This document shows, piece by piece, positions 44,450 to 55,845 of a stretch of 64,000 bases of DNA. The notes under the pieces were generated by a model. That model saw only the letters and a program-made list of their open reading frames with translations, was not told where the DNA came from and did not search any database. Made by a program: the position numbers and the translations under genes. The stretch comes from Ruminococcaceae bacterium UBA7101. GTDB lineage: Bacteria; Bacillota; Clostridia; Oscillospirales; Acutalibacteraceae. The DNA lies in contig DKYL01000004.1 in the NCBI GenBank assembly GCA_002493325.1, positions 4,940-68,939 of the forward strand, written 5' to 3'. Every line of letters starts with the position of its first letter. Positions within the stretch are counted from its first letter, which is position 1.

Positions 44450-46234
44450 ATGATATATCCAAAAATCGGTATAAGACCTGTTATTGACGGACGCTGGGGC
44501 GGTGTTCGTGAAAGCCTTGAGCAGCAGACCATGGGCATGGCTGAGGCGGCTGCAAAGCTTATTGAAGGTACACTTAAATACCCTGACGGCACACCTGTTC
44601 AGTGCGTAATCAGTGAAACCACAATCGGCGGAGGTGCTGAGGCTGCAAAATGTGCAGACCAGTTTTCTAAAGAAAATGTTACGGCAACACTCAGTGTTAC
44701 ACCCTGCTGGTGCTACGGCTCCGAAACCTTTGATATGGACCCACAGACCATCAAAGCTGTATGGGGCTTTAACGGAACAGAGCGTCCCGGTGCAGTTTAT
44801 CTTGCTGCTGTTATGGCGGCATATGCACAGAAGGGACTGCCCGCATTTTCCATTTACGGTCACGATGTACAGGACATTGATGACAGAACAATCCCTGCTG
44901 ACGTAGCAGAAAAGATTTTGCGCTTTGCACGTGCATCTGTTGCAATCGGCTGGATGAAAAACAAGTCATACGTTAATCTCGGCGGTATTGCAATGGGTAT
45001 TGCAGGAAGCTACTGCAATGCAGATATGTTTCAGAACTATTTCGGAATCCGTGCAGAATGGGTTGATATGACCGAAATTGTTCGCCGAATTACACTTGAA
45101 ATTTATGACCATGATGAATATGACAAGGCTTTCAAATGGGTTAAGGAAAACTGCAAAGAGGGCTTCGACCTCAACGAAGGCAAAAACCTGCCTGAAATCA
45201 TAACAAAATCCAAGGTTGTTCCTGCTGATAAGGACTGGGAGTTCATCACAAAAATGACCATCATCATCCGTGATATTCTTTACGGCAACAAGAAGCTTGA
45301 TGAAATGGGCTGGCACGAGGAAGCACTGGGCAAAAATGCAATTGCAGGCGGCTTTCAGGGTCAGAGAAACTGGACAGACTGGCTGCCGAACGCAGACTTC
45401 ACAGAAGCTATTATGGCATCCACCTTTGACTGGAACGGACCGAAAGCGCCTACCCCATTTGCTACCGAAAATGACACACTTAACGGCGTAGCTATGATGC
45501 TTGGCACGCTTGTTTCAGGCTCAGCACCATGCTTCCACGATGTACGTACCTATTGGAGTCCTGAGGCTTGTGAAAGAGTTACAGGTGTTAAGCCTGACGG
45601 CGTAGCAAAAAACGGATTTATTCACCTTATTAATTCAGGCGCAACTGCTCTTGACGGCAGCGGTGCAAGCAAAAACAATAATGGTGAGGGCTGTATGAAG
45701 CCATTCTGGGAAATGACACAGGATGACATCAAGGCTTGTCTTAATGCAACTGACTGGTGCAGAGCAAACTATGAATACTTCCGTGGCGGCGGTTTTTCAA
45801 GCCATTTCCGCTGCAAGGCTGAAATGCCTGTTACAATGCTCCGTGTCAATGTGATTGACGGTATCGGTCCTGTTTTACAGCTTGCTGAAGGCTACACGGC
45901 TGATTTACCTGATGAAATCCATAACACCATCGACAAGCGTACCGACCCATCCTGGCCTACAACCTGGTTTGTACCAAACCTTACAGGCGAGGGTGCTTTT
46001 AAGGATGTTTACAGCGTTATGGCGAACTGGGGTGCAAACCACGGTGTAACTGTTTACGGTCACGTTGGTGCTGATCTCATTACACTGGCATCCATGCTTC
46101 GTATTCCTGTTAATATGCACAATGTGTCTGATGACAGGATTTTCCGTCCGCATTGCTGGTCATCCTTCGGAACTGAGGATAAGCAGTCTGCCGACTACCG
46201 TGCCTGTGCAACCTACGGTCCGATGTATAAATAA
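44450..46234 (+). CDS. fucI: L-fucose isomerase
   Basis: [51 protein letters not shown]. Confidence 0.97.
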   Translation: MIYPKIGIRPVIDGRWGGVRESLEQQTMGMAEAAAKLIEGTLKYPDGTPVQCVISETTIGGGAEAAKCADQFSKENVTATLSVTPCWCYGSETFDMDPQTIKAVWGFNGTERPGAVYLAAVMAAYAQKGLPAFSIYGHDVQDIDDRTIPADVAEKILRFARASVAIGWMKNKSYVNLGGIAMGIAGSYCNADMFQNYFGIRAEWVDMTEIVRRITLEIYDHDEYDKAFKWVKENCKEGFDLNEGKNLPEIITKSKVVPADKDWEFITKMTIIIRDILYGNKKLDEMGWHEEALGKNAIAGGFQGQRNWTDWLPNADFTEAIMASTFDWNGPKAPTPFATENDTLNGVAMMLGTLVSGSAPCFHDVRTYWSPEACERVTGVKPDGVAKNGFIHLINSGATALDGSGASKNNNGEGCMKPFWEMTQDDIKACLNATDWCRANYEYFRGGGFSSHFRCKAEMPVTMLRVNVIDGIGPVLQLAEGYTADLPDEIHNTIDKRTDPSWPTTWFVPNLTGEGAFKDVYSVMANWGANHGVTVYGHVGADLITLASMLRIPVNMHNVSDDRIFRPHCWSSFGTEDKQSADYRACATYGPMYK

Positions 46235-46246
46235 TAACGAAATACT

Positions 46247-46287
46247 AAAATCCCTGTGGAATGTTGATTTTCCATAGGGATTTTTTT
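46247..46287. terminator. Bidirectional terminator between fucI and cadA
   Basis: AAAATCCCTGTGGAA..TTCCATAGGGATTTTTTT. Confidence 0.8.
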
Positions 46288-46288
46288 G

Positions 46289-48166
46289 TTATTTCTTAAT
46301 TTTCAATGCTCTTACTGCATTCAGTACTGCTATGACCATAACGCCCACATCTGCAAAAATTGCAAACCACATATTTGCAATACCGAAAGCGCCAAGCAGC
46401 AGACAGGCTGCCTTTATAATCAGTGCCAAGGCAATATTTTCCTTTACAATTTTAAGCGTGTTCATTGAAATTCTTGCTGCAAGTGAAATTTTCAACGGGT
46501 CATCATCCATAAGCACAATATCCGCCGCCTCAATTGCAGCATCTGACCCAAGTGCTCCCATAGCAATGCCTATATCTGCACGTGAAAGAACAGGTGCATC
46601 ATTAATACCGTCACCAACAAAAGCCAGCTTTTCCTTCGGCTGTTTTTCTTCAAGAAGTTTTTCAACCATTGCGACCTTATCAGCAGGAAGCAGTTCGGAA
46701 TACACCTCGTCAATACCAAGCTTATCTGCAGCCTGCTGTGCGGCTTTCCCTGAGTCACCTGTGAGCATTACCGTTTTTCTGATGCCGCTTTTTTTCAATG
46801 AAGCAATTGCTGATTCAGACGTTTCCTTCACAATATCCGAAATAACAATACAGCCTGCATAAGCACCATTGACAGAAACATAGACAGCCGTACCTCTGTC
46901 ACTCTTATCATCAACAATTATGCCTGCCCTGTTCATCAGCTTGACATTACCGGCAAGCACCTTTTTACCGTCAACAACAGCACTTACACCGTGACCTGCT
47001 ATTTCCTCAATATCTGTTACGGAGGACAAATCCATTTCTCTGCCGTAAGCCTTTTTCAGGCTCACACTAATCGGATGGCTTGATGCACTTTCAGCACAGG
47101 CAGCATATCTGATCAGCTCATCCTCGTTAAAGCCATTTACAGCACAAATATCTGTTACCTCAAACACACCCTTTGTCAGTGTGCCTGTTTTGTCAAAGAC
47201 CACATACCTGGTTTTGGACAGTGCCTCCAGATAGTTTGAGCCTTTAACAAGAATACCGTTTGCAGATGCACAGCCGATGCCTGCAAAAAAACTGAGCGGA
47301 ATAGATATAACAAGTGCACAGGGGCAGCTTATTACAAGAAAAGTCAGTGCCCTGATAATCCATTCACTCCACATAGCGTCATAGCCTGCAAGCAGTCTGA
47401 CCAAGGGAGGCAAAACAGCAAGCACAACTGCTCCGATACATACGGCAGGCGTATAATACCTGGCAAATCTTGTGATAAAGTTTTCGGACTTTGACTTTTT
47501 CATACTTGAATTTTCAACTAAGTCAAGTATTTTTGAAACTGTGGAATCACCAAAATCCTTAGTTGTTTTTACCTTTATCATACCCGAAAGATTGATAGAG
47601 CCGCTGATTATCTCATCACCTGCGGCAGCCTCACGCGGCACACTTTCACCTGTCAGAGCACTTGTATTAAGGGTTGTTGTGCCATATGTTATAACGCCGT
47701 CAATAGGGACCTTTTCACCCGGGTTCACTATAATTTCAGTACCCACCTCTATATCGTCGGGGTCTGCTTTCACTACTTTTCCGTCAATTTCCACATTTGC
47801 ATAATCGGGACGGATATCCATTAACTCGGTTATGTTTTTTCTGCTTCTGCCGACAGCAACACTCTGGAAGAGCTCGCCAATCTGATAAAAAAGCATAACG
47901 GCTGCACCCTCAAGGTATTCACCCAAAGCCATAGCTCCGACAGTGGCAACTGCCATCAAAAAGTTTTCATCAAACACCTGACCCTTAAAGATTCCCTTTA
48001 CTGCCTTTTTCAGAATGTCATAGCCAATTACTAAGTATGGAATGAAATACAGCAGCAATTCAGCAAGTCGGTTAAGCTCGACAAAGGAGGTAAGCACTTT
48101 TACTGCTGTAAGAAGAACCGCTGAAATGATTATACGAAGCAATACCGTTTTTTGTTTTTTACTCAT
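46289..48166 (-). CDS. cadA: Heavy-metal (Cd/Zn/Co) translocating P1B-type ATPase
   Basis: TGES, SCPCAL, DKTGT, SHP, GDGINDAP, FADVG. Confidence 0.94.
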   Translation of the reverse strand: MSKKQKTVLLRIIISAVLLTAVKVLTSFVELNRLAELLLYFIPYLVIGYDILKKAVKGIFKGQVFDENFLMAVATVGAMALGEYLEGAAVMLFYQIGELFQSVAVGRSRKNITELMDIRPDYANVEIDGKVVKADPDDIEVGTEIIVNPGEKVPIDGVITYGTTTLNTSALTGESVPREAAAGDEIISGSINLSGMIKVKTTKDFGDSTVSKILDLVENSSMKKSKSENFITRFARYYTPAVCIGAVVLAVLPPLVRLLAGYDAMWSEWIIRALTFLVISCPCALVISIPLSFFAGIGCASANGILVKGSNYLEALSKTRYVVFDKTGTLTKGVFEVTDICAVNGFNEDELIRYAACAESASSHPISVSLKKAYGREMDLSSVTDIEEIAGHGVSAVVDGKKVLAGNVKLMNRAGIIVDDKSDRGTAVYVSVNGAYAGCIVISDIVKETSESAIASLKKSGIRKTVMLTGDSGKAAQQAADKLGIDEVYSELLPADKVAMVEKLLEEKQPKEKLAFVGDGINDAPVLSRADIGIAMGALGSDAAIEAADIVLMDDDPLKISLAARISMNTLKIVKENIALALIIKAACLLLGAFGIANMWFAIFADVGVMVIAVLNAVRALKIKK

Positions 48167-48178
48167 AAAAGCCACCCT

Positions 48179-48397
48179 TTAAATAAAAATTTCGCAGTCA
48201 TCCTCTACTCTTTTGCAGTTTTTAACAACCTGCGTCATAACAGACTGGACATCAGCACCATTTTCAAATTCAACCTTCATTTTTTGTGTCATAAAAGAAA
48301 CCACTGCATCAGCAACGCCAACAGTATTTTTTGCAGCCTCCTCCATTTTTGCCGCACAGCTTGCACAATCCACTTCAATCCTATAAGTTTTTTTCAT
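48179..48397 (-). CDS. Heavy-metal-associated (HMA) domain protein
   Basis: 72 aa with DCASCAAKME, directly upstream of cadA. Confidence 0.9.
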   Translation of the reverse strand: MKKTYRIEVDCASCAAKMEEAAKNTVGVADAVVSFMTQKMKVEFENGADVQSVMTQVVKNCKRVEDDCEIFI

Positions 48398-48434
48398 AGT
48401 TATTATCCTTTCATATAAAAATATTCACACAACA

Positions 48435-48492
48435 ATTGAACAACTATTCATTTGTTATTGTTATTATAGTTGAATGCATATTCAATTGTCAA
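48435..48492 (-). promoter_or_regulatory. Promoter of HMA-cadA with two ArsR/SmtB-type operators
   Basis: Minus strand TTGACA (48492-48487)-18-TATAAT (48468-48463). TGAA-N6-TTCA inverted repeats at 48435-48452 and 48469-48486. Confidence 0.75.
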
Positions 48493-48567
48493 TACTTTTT
48501 TATGATTTTAATAAAAAAAAATAAAACACTATTAAATAGTGTTTTACTGCACAATATATTCTATTCA

Positions 48568-48921
48568 TTATCTATGCTTTATGTGCTCGTCAGCAATCTC
48601 AATAATGGTTGTTATATGTTCATCATCAAAGCTGTAATAAATATGCTTTCCGTCACGCCTTGATTTAACAATATTATAAGCCTTAAGCACAGCCAACTGG
48701 TGCGACACCGCAGATTTGGTCATATTCAGTGCAACAGACAAATCACAAACACAAACCTCTCTGTTATCAAGAGCCATAACAATTTTAGCCCTTGTAGGGT
48801 CGCCAAGCACCTTGAACAAATTTGAAAGATTTGATATTTCATCATCTGAAATCATATTTTTTCTTATATCAAGAACTGCCGCTTCATCAATTGCGGTGCA
48901 GTCGCATCGGTTATTTTTCAT
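48568..48921 (-). CDS. ArsR/SmtB-family metalloregulator (CadC/CzrA-like)
   Basis: FKVLGDPTR, EVCVCDL, SAVSHQL, RRDGK, DEH. Real start taken as MKNNRCDC after AGGAAGTGA. Confidence 0.92.
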   Translation of the reverse strand: MKNNRCDCTAIDEAAVLDIRKNMISDDEISNLSNLFKVLGDPTRAKIVMALDNREVCVCDLSVALNMTKSAVSHQLAVLKAYNIVKSRRDGKHIYYSFDDEHITTIIEIADEHIKHR

Positions 48922-49046
48922 AGTATCACTTCCTGAATATATTATACATATATACCACCCTGATTTCAACAAAATATATTGTAAAATAATAACACCTGTG
49001 ATATATTGAACATAACACAGCAAAATATGCGAAGGAGCATAACACA

Positions 49047-50792
49047 ATGAAAAAAGATTTAAGCAGGCATCCGAATCCTCAGTTTGAACGTGAGAACTGG
49101 GTAAGCCTGAACGGAAGCTGGGATTTTGGCTTTTTAAGAGCAAAAAGAAATCATAAATTTATGAATGAAAAACAAGTCAGTCTTTTTTACAAAAAAGCCG
49201 ATACAAAATACAAAATCAATGTTCCGTTTTGTATGGAAAGCACCTTGTCAGGCATCGGCTGCACGGATTTTATTCAAACAGTATGGTATCAAAAACAGGT
49301 CAGCATATCTGATTTTGAGCGTGTTTTTATTCATATCGGTGCAGCGGATTATAAAACGACACTGCTTGTTAACGGAAAAATTGTGGGCAGTCATATGGGT
49401 GGCTATACCTCCTTTTCCTTTGAGATAACAGATTTTGTCAGCAAAGGCAATAATGAAATATTTATAATCTGTGAGGATGATACAAGAAATTCTTTAATTC
49501 CCTCAGGAAAGCAGAGCGAACGCAAAAACAGCTATGGTTGCTGCTACACAAGAACTACGGGAATCTGGCAGAATGTTTACATAGAATATGCACCGAAAAA
49601 TTATATTAAAAGCTTTAAAATTTATCCTGATATTAACCAGAAAAATGTTACAGTTGAATTTGCTTTAAACGGAAAAGAAAATCTTCTATGCACAGCAGTA
49701 TATGAAGGTAAGGTTGTCGGAACAGCCTCGGTAAATAATGCGTCAGGCAATATGCTGCTTCAGATACCGCTTGATGAAATACACCTCTGGCAGCTTGGTG
49801 AGGGCAATATTTATGACCTTGAAATAAGCTTTGGCAATGACAAAATAAAAAGCTATTTCGGAATGAGAAGCATTCAGCTTGACGGCTATCGGTTTCTGCT
49901 TAACGGCAAAAGCGTTTTTCAGCGTCTTGTTCTTGATCAAGGTTATTACAGAAAAGGCATTTATACTGCTGAAAATGATGACGAGCTAATAAGGGATATT
50001 GAGCTTTCAATGGCACTGGGCTTTAACGGAGCCAGACTGCACCAAAAGGTTTTTGACCCACGCTTTCTGTACTTCTGTGACTTAAAGGGCTATATGGTAT
50101 GGGGTGAATATGCCAACTGGGGCATTGATTATTCAAACCCTAAAATGCTTGCAATTTTCATAAAGGAATGGACGGAAGCACTTGAAAGAGATTTCAACCA
50201 CCCTTCCATTATCGGCTGGTGCCCGTTTAATGAAACCTGGGATTATAAAAAGAGAAAGCAGTATGACCCACTGATTTCAACGGTTTATGATTTCACCAAG
50301 GCATATGACACCACACGCCCCTGCATTGACACAAGCGGAAATTTTCATACAAAAACAGATATTTATGATGTTCACGATTATCGCTTTGACACTGAAAAAT
50401 TCAAGGCAAGCTTTGACAGACTTATGAGCGATAATGAGCTATATGAGCATGTGCTGCTTGATAACCCGGGCAGACAAAAATACGGCGGTGAGCCTGTTTT
50501 TGTAAGTGAATACGGCGGAATAAAATGGGAAACTGACAAAAAATATAAATCCTGGGGCTACGGCAAGGATGTCACAACGGAAACGGAATTTTTAGCAAGG
50601 TACGAGGGTTTAACGACTGCTTTGCTGTCAAACAGCAGGATGATGGGATTCTGCTATACGCAGCTTTACGATGTAGAGCAGGAGCAGAACGGACTTTACA
50701 CCTATGACAGAGAAGAAAAATTCAGCCGTAAAATCTATGACCAAATTAGAAAAATCAATATGCGTATTGCAGAAATTGAAAAACAGCAATAA
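49047..50792 (+). CDS. GH2 glycoside hydrolase (beta-galactosidase/glucuronidase/galactofuranosidase-like)
   Basis: HPNPQFER, LNGSWDF, GKQS, TGIWQ, LDQGY, RLHQK, WCPFNETW, VSEYGG. Confidence 0.9.
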   Translation: MKKDLSRHPNPQFERENWVSLNGSWDFGFLRAKRNHKFMNEKQVSLFYKKADTKYKINVPFCMESTLSGIGCTDFIQTVWYQKQVSISDFERVFIHIGAADYKTTLLVNGKIVGSHMGGYTSFSFEITDFVSKGNNEIFIICEDDTRNSLIPSGKQSERKNSYGCCYTRTTGIWQNVYIEYAPKNYIKSFKIYPDINQKNVTVEFALNGKENLLCTAVYEGKVVGTASVNNASGNMLLQIPLDEIHLWQLGEGNIYDLEISFGNDKIKSYFGMRSIQLDGYRFLLNGKSVFQRLVLDQGYYRKGIYTAENDDELIRDIELSMALGFNGARLHQKVFDPRFLYFCDLKGYMVWGEYANWGIDYSNPKMLAIFIKEWTEALERDFNHPSIIGWCPFNETWDYKKRKQYDPLISTVYDFTKAYDTTRPCIDTSGNFHTKTDIYDVHDYRFDTEKFKASFDRLMSDNELYEHVLLDNPGRQKYGGEPVFVSEYGGIKWETDKKYKSWGYGKDVTTETEFLARYEGLTTALLSNSRMMGFCYTQLYDVEQEQNGLYTYDREEKFSRKIYDQIRKINMRIAEIEKQQ

Positions 50793-50798
50793 CAAAAT

Positions 50799-50830
50799 AA
50801 CCTCTCAGGTACAATCATCCTGAGAGGTTT
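50799..50830. terminator. Bidirectional terminator
   Basis: AACCTCTCAGG..CCTGAGAGGTT between convergent GH genes. Confidence 0.8.
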
Positions 50831-50836
50831 CATTAT

Positions 50837-52141
50837 TTATTCGGTTATTTTATAAAGTCCTGCACCATGGGGAGGAACAACAGCCTTAAATGAATTTTTA
50901 AATTCGCCCGCCGATTTCTTTTCCCATATATCATAGAAAGCATATTTTTTACCGGGCATAAGAATTTCTGTTAAATCAAGCTTAACAGTCTGCTCGACAT
51001 CCTTTGTATTGAACAAGGCGGCATATTTGCAGTCCTTTCCGTTTGATACCCAGATAACACTGCCCTTGCCGTTTTTCTCATTTCTGCTGTGCTGATGCGC
51101 ACCGAAAGAGGTACTGTGCATTTTCAGGTACTCTTCATTGGTAAGCAGGGACAATGTCCACGAATCATTTTCAGGCATATTGCCGCCCATCATCAGCGGA
51201 CTTCTGAATATACCCCAAAGGCTCATCATAGTAAGCTGTTCTGCCTTAGTGAACTGTGTCATTCTGTTTTGCGGACCGTGGCAGGTTCCGTTCTTTGAAA
51301 GCCTGCCGAGAGGGAGCATATCACAGTCCGGATAGTTCCCTGCCTTCACCCAATCCTGCCATAAATAACAGCGGTCAAACATATCGTGAAGCTTATCCCA
51401 CTGATCCCAGAAATCACCTGTCAGACGCCACATATTTGCGTTTTTTGCAAGGTGTGCAGCCTTCTCAATTTCTGCAGGACCCGGGGAAAGCGAAAGCACA
51501 ATTTCCCTGCCACAGTTATCAATCGCCTTTCTGATCATCTCAATTTCATAATCAGCAGAATAAGGCTTATCCCACTTGCGAAATTCGGTAACACAAATAT
51601 CGTCACACTTAATGAAATCAACGCCCCATGTGGCATAAAGTGCAATAATAGAATTATAGTAATCCTGTGCACCCTCACAGTTATACATACCATACATATC
51701 CGTATTCCAGGAGCAGACAGAAAAATGATGCGCAACCTGACGAGCTGTGAATTTACTGTTTTTAATCGGCAAATCAGCGTGAACAGCCTGACGCGGAATA
51801 CCGCGCATAATATGTATGCCGAATTTCAGTCCCAGGCTGTGGCAATAGTCGGCAAGCGGCTTAAAGCCCTCACCGTTCCCTGCACTGGGAAAACGGTTTT
51901 CAGCAGGCATAAGCCTGCCATACTCATCCATATTCAGCGGCGTAAAACTAAAATAATCGTTATCCTTAGCCTTGGGCTCATACCACTGAATATCACAGAC
52001 AACATACTGCCATCCGTACTCTTTTAAATATTTCGCCATATAATCGGCATTTGCTCTTAGCTGCTCTTCGTTCACACCTGCACCAAAGCAGTCCCAGCTG
52101 TTCCAGCCAAGGGGAGGTGTTTTTGCAAATTTTCTATGCAT
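50837..52141 (-). CDS. GH27 glycoside hydrolase (beta-L-arabinopyranosidase/alpha-galactosidase-like)
   Basis: TPPLGWNSWDCFG, DIQWYEP, GIHIMRGIP, VDFIKCDD, MWRLTGDFWD, DCDMLPLG. Confidence 0.9.
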   Translation of the reverse strand: MHRKFAKTPPLGWNSWDCFGAGVNEEQLRANADYMAKYLKEYGWQYVVCDIQWYEPKAKDNDYFSFTPLNMDEYGRLMPAENRFPSAGNGEGFKPLADYCHSLGLKFGIHIMRGIPRQAVHADLPIKNSKFTARQVAHHFSVCSWNTDMYGMYNCEGAQDYYNSIIALYATWGVDFIKCDDICVTEFRKWDKPYSADYEIEMIRKAIDNCGREIVLSLSPGPAEIEKAAHLAKNANMWRLTGDFWDQWDKLHDMFDRCYLWQDWVKAGNYPDCDMLPLGRLSKNGTCHGPQNRMTQFTKAEQLTMMSLWGIFRSPLMMGGNMPENDSWTLSLLTNEEYLKMHSTSFGAHQHSRNEKNGKGSVIWVSNGKDCKYAALFNTKDVEQTVKLDLTEILMPGKKYAFYDIWEKKSAGEFKNSFKAVVPPHGAGLYKITE

Positions 52142-52265
52142 AACAACGACCTCATAATAAGTAATATTTTGATGTTTACATCTTATATCTTTTATGTTAC
52201 AATTCTATATTACAGGTATACAAATAAAAATTCAACAGTAATTATTTGATAATAAGGGTAATATT

Positions 52266-53132
52266 TTGATGCACAAAAACCAAGCAAACATTCATAATGA
52301 CCACGCCTTTCATTTTTTTGACAATTTCAATTTATCGTTCATAGAGCTTATAGCCGTAGGCTGTGATGTAATAAACAACAGTGACTATCATTGGTGCAAC
52401 AAGGAACGCCCCGATGCAATGCTTTTTCAATACACGTTAAGCGGAAGCGGTACCGTTGAAATCGGCGGCAAAAAATATGTTGTCGACAAAGGAAAGGCAT
52501 TCTTTTTAAAGATGCCTGCTGATGAAAGCTACTATTTTGACGAAGAAAACAACAGTGCACCATGGAAATTTGTTTATATCATATTTAACGGCAGTGCAGC
52601 AGAAGAGTTTTATAAATATTCAACCGAACGCACAGGAAACATTATATCCTTACCCGAATTTCATCCTGCTGTCAGAATACTGCTCGATTTATACGGCAAG
52701 GCTTTGAATTCAAATATAAAAAATGTTTTTGACGCAAGCAGTGAGCTTATTCAGTTTTTGTGTGCACTGTGCAATCCCTGCATTTCTCATAATTCTAATC
52801 TTGTTGACAGTGCAATAGATTATTTTAAAAGTAATTTTGAAAAGCAGATAACAATTGCTATGGCAGCAGATTATCTTGGAGTTTCGCACAGTCACCTGAC
52901 AAGGGAATTTTTAAAACATACAAAAGAAAAACCAAGTGACTATCTGACTAAGCTGAGGATGGAAAAGGCTGTTGAACTGCTTAATTCAACAAATATGAAG
53001 CTGAAGGAAATAAGCAGGCAATGCGGATATTCTGACGAGAACTATTTTGGTAAGGTTTTCAAAAAATACATAAAAATATCGCCTGCAGAATTCAGGGTTC
53101 AATCAAAAACATATGGTTACACAAGACATTAA
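52266..53132 (+). CDS. AraC-family transcriptional regulator
   Basis: FQYTLSGSG sensing domain and EISRQCGYSDENYFGKVFKK HTH. Divergent from GH27. Confidence 0.92.
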   Translation: MMHKNQANIHNDHAFHFFDNFNLSFIELIAVGCDVINNSDYHWCNKERPDAMLFQYTLSGSGTVEIGGKKYVVDKGKAFFLKMPADESYYFDEENNSAPWKFVYIIFNGSAAEEFYKYSTERTGNIISLPEFHPAVRILLDLYGKALNSNIKNVFDASSELIQFLCALCNPCISHNSNLVDSAIDYFKSNFEKQITIAMAADYLGVSHSHLTREFLKHTKEKPSDYLTKLRMEKAVELLNSTNMKLKEISRQCGYSDENYFGKVFKKYIKISPAEFRVQSKTYGYTRH

Positions 53133-53177
53133 CAAAAGGCAGTCCAAGCAAATTTATGCTTGGACTGCCTTTTGTTA
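53130..53177. terminator. Bidirectional terminator
   Basis: TAACAAAAGGCAGTCCAAGCA..TGCTTGGACTGCCTTTTGTTA. Confidence 0.88.
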
Positions 53178-53194
53178 TATCATTTCAGTAATAT

Positions 53195-54037
53195 TTAACA
53201 TTCATCTTCTTTATATAAATTTCTGAGGATTTCGATTTCCTTAGCATAGCCGTCAAGGTCATTTGGCGTTTCAAGGAAAAACGGCAGATGTTTAAGGGAC
53301 GGATGATTAATAATTCTTTCAAAAGCATCCAGACCAATATATCCCGCACCGATTTTTTCATGCCTGTCCTTATGGGCAGCAATAGGATTTTTGCTGTCAT
53401 TCAGATGAACAGCCTTTAATCGGTCAAGACCGATTACTCTGTCAAACGCCTCAAGCACGCCGTCAAGGTCATTGACAATATCATAACCGCCGTCGTGAAT
53501 ATGGCAGGTATCAAGACACACACCCATTTTGTCACTAAGCTCTACCCTGTCGATAATTGCTCTGAGTTCTTCAAAGCTTCTGCCGATTTCAGTGCCTTTG
53601 CCAGCCATGGTTTCAAGCAGAACTGTTGTCGTCATTTCAGGGAACAAAACCTTGTTCAGAATTTCTGCAATCTGCTCAATTCCGACCTCCTCACCCTGTC
53701 CAACGTGTGAGCCCGGATGAAAATTATAAAGCTGATTCGGTGTATATTCCATACGCTTTAAATCATCTGCAAAGGTATTAAGTGCAAACTCTCTTGTTTC
53801 GGGCTTAGCACTGCAGCAGTTAAGCGTATAAGGTGCATGAGCAAGAATAACAGGAAAGCCCTCACTTTTCATCAGTTCAAGAAAGGTTTCCACATCCTTC
53901 TCATCAATTGCTTTGGCACTGCCTCCGCGAGGATTTCTTGTGAAAAACTGAAATGTATTTGCACCGATTTCCTGTGCCTGCTTCAGCATTGCTGTATATC
54001 CCTTTGATGCACTCAAATGTGCTCCTATAGTTAACAT
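53195..54037 (-). CDS. nfo: Endonuclease IV
   Basis: [46 protein letters not shown]. Confidence 0.96.
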   Translation of the reverse strand: MLTIGAHLSASKGYTAMLKQAQEIGANTFQFFTRNPRGGSAKAIDEKDVETFLELMKSEGFPVILAHAPYTLNCCSAKPETREFALNTFADDLKRMEYTPNQLYNFHPGSHVGQGEEVGIEQIAEILNKVLFPEMTTTVLLETMAGKGTEIGRSFEELRAIIDRVELSDKMGVCLDTCHIHDGGYDIVNDLDGVLEAFDRVIGLDRLKAVHLNDSKNPIAAHKDRHEKIGAGYIGLDAFERIINHPSLKHLPFFLETPNDLDGYAKEIEILRNLYKEDEC

Positions 54038-54050
54038 AAGCTTTACCTCA

Positions 54051-54920
54051 TCATTTTGTTTGTGTTAATAATTCTTTGGCAATAGCCTCCTCAGCTTTGC
54101 CCGACATTATGTATTCCAGCAAATCCGCAACACAGCCCTGATTGCAGTGGCATGCCTCATATTTGCATATTTTATGGATTGAGCTCGGAGCCTGACCTGC
54201 ACAGGCAGGAAGACCCACCGTTTTGAGCATATCCCAGTCATTATAATAATCACCGATTGCCGCTACGTGACTTTTTTCAATACCCAGCATATCGGCAAGC
54301 TTCATAATACCCACGCCCTTGTGGGTATCCTTCTGGAGCATTTCAAGCGAAAAAATGGAGGATGACATAAAATTCGCATCCGGATTTTCCATTCTTTCAA
54401 TAAGATCCTTCAGTTTATTTATAACAAAGGGGTTTGACCAGAAAATAACCTTCATCCAGCCATCCTCGGGAACATCATCAATTGACCTTACATATTCGTG
54501 CTTCGCCTTGTCGAAATACATTGTGCCCTTGGCAAAAAGTCCGCTTTTAACAATGTAAACATAGTCGGCAAAATAGATGCCGATATCAACGCTTTTGGAA
54601 ATATCATCAAACTCCTTAGCTATATATCTGACAAAATCCCTGCCCTTTTTGCCGATTGTACTCTGCCACAGCATTTTTCGTTTTTTATAATCATATATAC
54701 CTGCACCATTTAAAATAACGGCAGGCTGATTTGGTGTAATCCTGTTATAATTACGTTCAAGGCTTGACTGAAGTCTGCCTGATGCAAGCGTAAAATTACC
54801 GCCAAGGTCAGTGAATTTTTTAATAGCATCATAATTGCGTTTCGGTAATTTTCTCATTTTATTATTAAGTGTACCGTCAATATCAGATACAACAAGCCAG
54901 TTTTCAAAGGTTTTTTCCAT
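54051..54920 (-). CDS. Cof-type HAD-IIB hydrolase
   Basis: [24 protein letters not shown]. Confidence 0.92.
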   Translation of the reverse strand: MEKTFENWLVVSDIDGTLNNKMRKLPKRNYDAIKKFTDLGGNFTLASGRLQSSLERNYNRITPNQPAVILNGAGIYDYKKRKMLWQSTIGKKGRDFVRYIAKEFDDISKSVDIGIYFADYVYIVKSGLFAKGTMYFDKAKHEYVRSIDDVPEDGWMKVIFWSNPFVINKLKDLIERMENPDANFMSSSIFSLEMLQKDTHKGVGIMKLADMLGIEKSHVAAIGDYYNDWDMLKTVGLPACAGQAPSSIHKICKYEACHCNQGCVADLLEYIMSGKAEEAIAKELLTQTK

Positions 54921-54924
54921 TATA

Positions 54925-55845
54925 TCACCCCTGTTTCTTTTCAAGTTTAGCTAAATATTTTTTAAAGTATTCAGGCAAAGGTGCCTTAAATTCCAAATAT
55001 TCTTTGGTTCTAGGGTGCACAAAGCCGATTTCACCTGCGTGAAGGCACTGCCCCTTTAGCTCTGTGATAACCTTTTTAGGTCCGTAAACACTGTCACCCG
55101 CCAGCGGATGACCGATAAATGACATATGCACACGAATCTGATGTGTTCTGCCGGTTTCCAGCACACAGCGGATATGGGTAAAATCTCCGAAGCGTTTTAT
55201 AACCTCATAATGCGTAACAGCGTCCTTGGAGTTTTTATCCGTTACAGCCATCTTTTTTCTGTCCTTGGGATTTCTTCCGATAGGCTGATGAACGGTTCCG
55301 CATTCCTCTTTAATATTACCATAAACAACCGCTTCATACGCACGGTGAAAGGAATGCTCCTTAATCTGCTGTGCCAAATCAAGATGTGCCATATCATTTT
55401 TTGCAACAATCAAAAGACCCGATGTGTCCTTGTCAATTCTATGAACGATACCGGGACGGATAACACCGTTGATACCGCTCAGACTGTCCTTACAATGATA
55501 AAGCAGTGCATTCACAAGCGTACCTGTGTAGTTGCCTGCTGCAGGATGAACAACCATATCCTTTGGTTTATTCACCACCAGAAGGTCATTGTCCTCATAG
55601 ACAATATCAAGGGGTATATTTTCGGCAACGGCTTCAAGAGGAACTGCGTCGGGTACAAAAACCTGTATACTGTCATTTGCCATCAGCTTATAATTCTTAT
55701 TAACCGCTTTGCCGTTTACAATGATATGATTATCTTCAATGAGCCTTGAAACTGCCGAACGTGTAAAGCCCTCAAGCTGTTGTGTTAAATACTTGTCAAT
55801 TCTTTCACCCGCACTGTCGGCTGCAAAGGTAAAGCTTTCACCCAT
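54925..55845 (-). CDS. rluD: RluA-family pseudouridine synthase with S4 domain
   Basis: RIDKYL S4 domain, VNKP, GIVHRIDKDTSG, ETGRTHQIRVH. Follows lspA. Confidence 0.92.
   Translation of the reverse strand: MGESFTFAADSAGERIDKYLTQQLEGFTRSAVSRLIEDNHIIVNGKAVNKNYKLMANDSIQVFVPDAVPLEAVAENIPLDIVYEDNDLLVVNKPKDMVVHPAAGNYTGTLVNALLYHCKDSLSGINGVIRPGIVHRIDKDTSGLLIVAKNDMAHLDLAQQIKEHSFHRAYEAVVYGNIKEECGTVHQPIGRNPKDRKKMAVTDKNSKDAVTHYEVIKRFGDFTHIRCVLETGRTHQIRVHMSFIGHPLAGDSVYGPKKVITELKGQCLHAGEIGFVHPRTKEYLEFKAPLPEYFKKYLAKLEKKQG

Noticed and set aside
48922-49143. N-terminal extension of the ArsR ORF in the ORF track
   Set aside because: It overlaps the divergent GH2 gene. A good RBS and typical ArsR length point to the ATG at 48921.
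55126-55749. 207-aa plus-strand ORF (also 51386..52027 and 46332..46862)
   Set aside because: These are antisense to well-conserved genes (rluD, GH27, cadA) and have no independent motifs.
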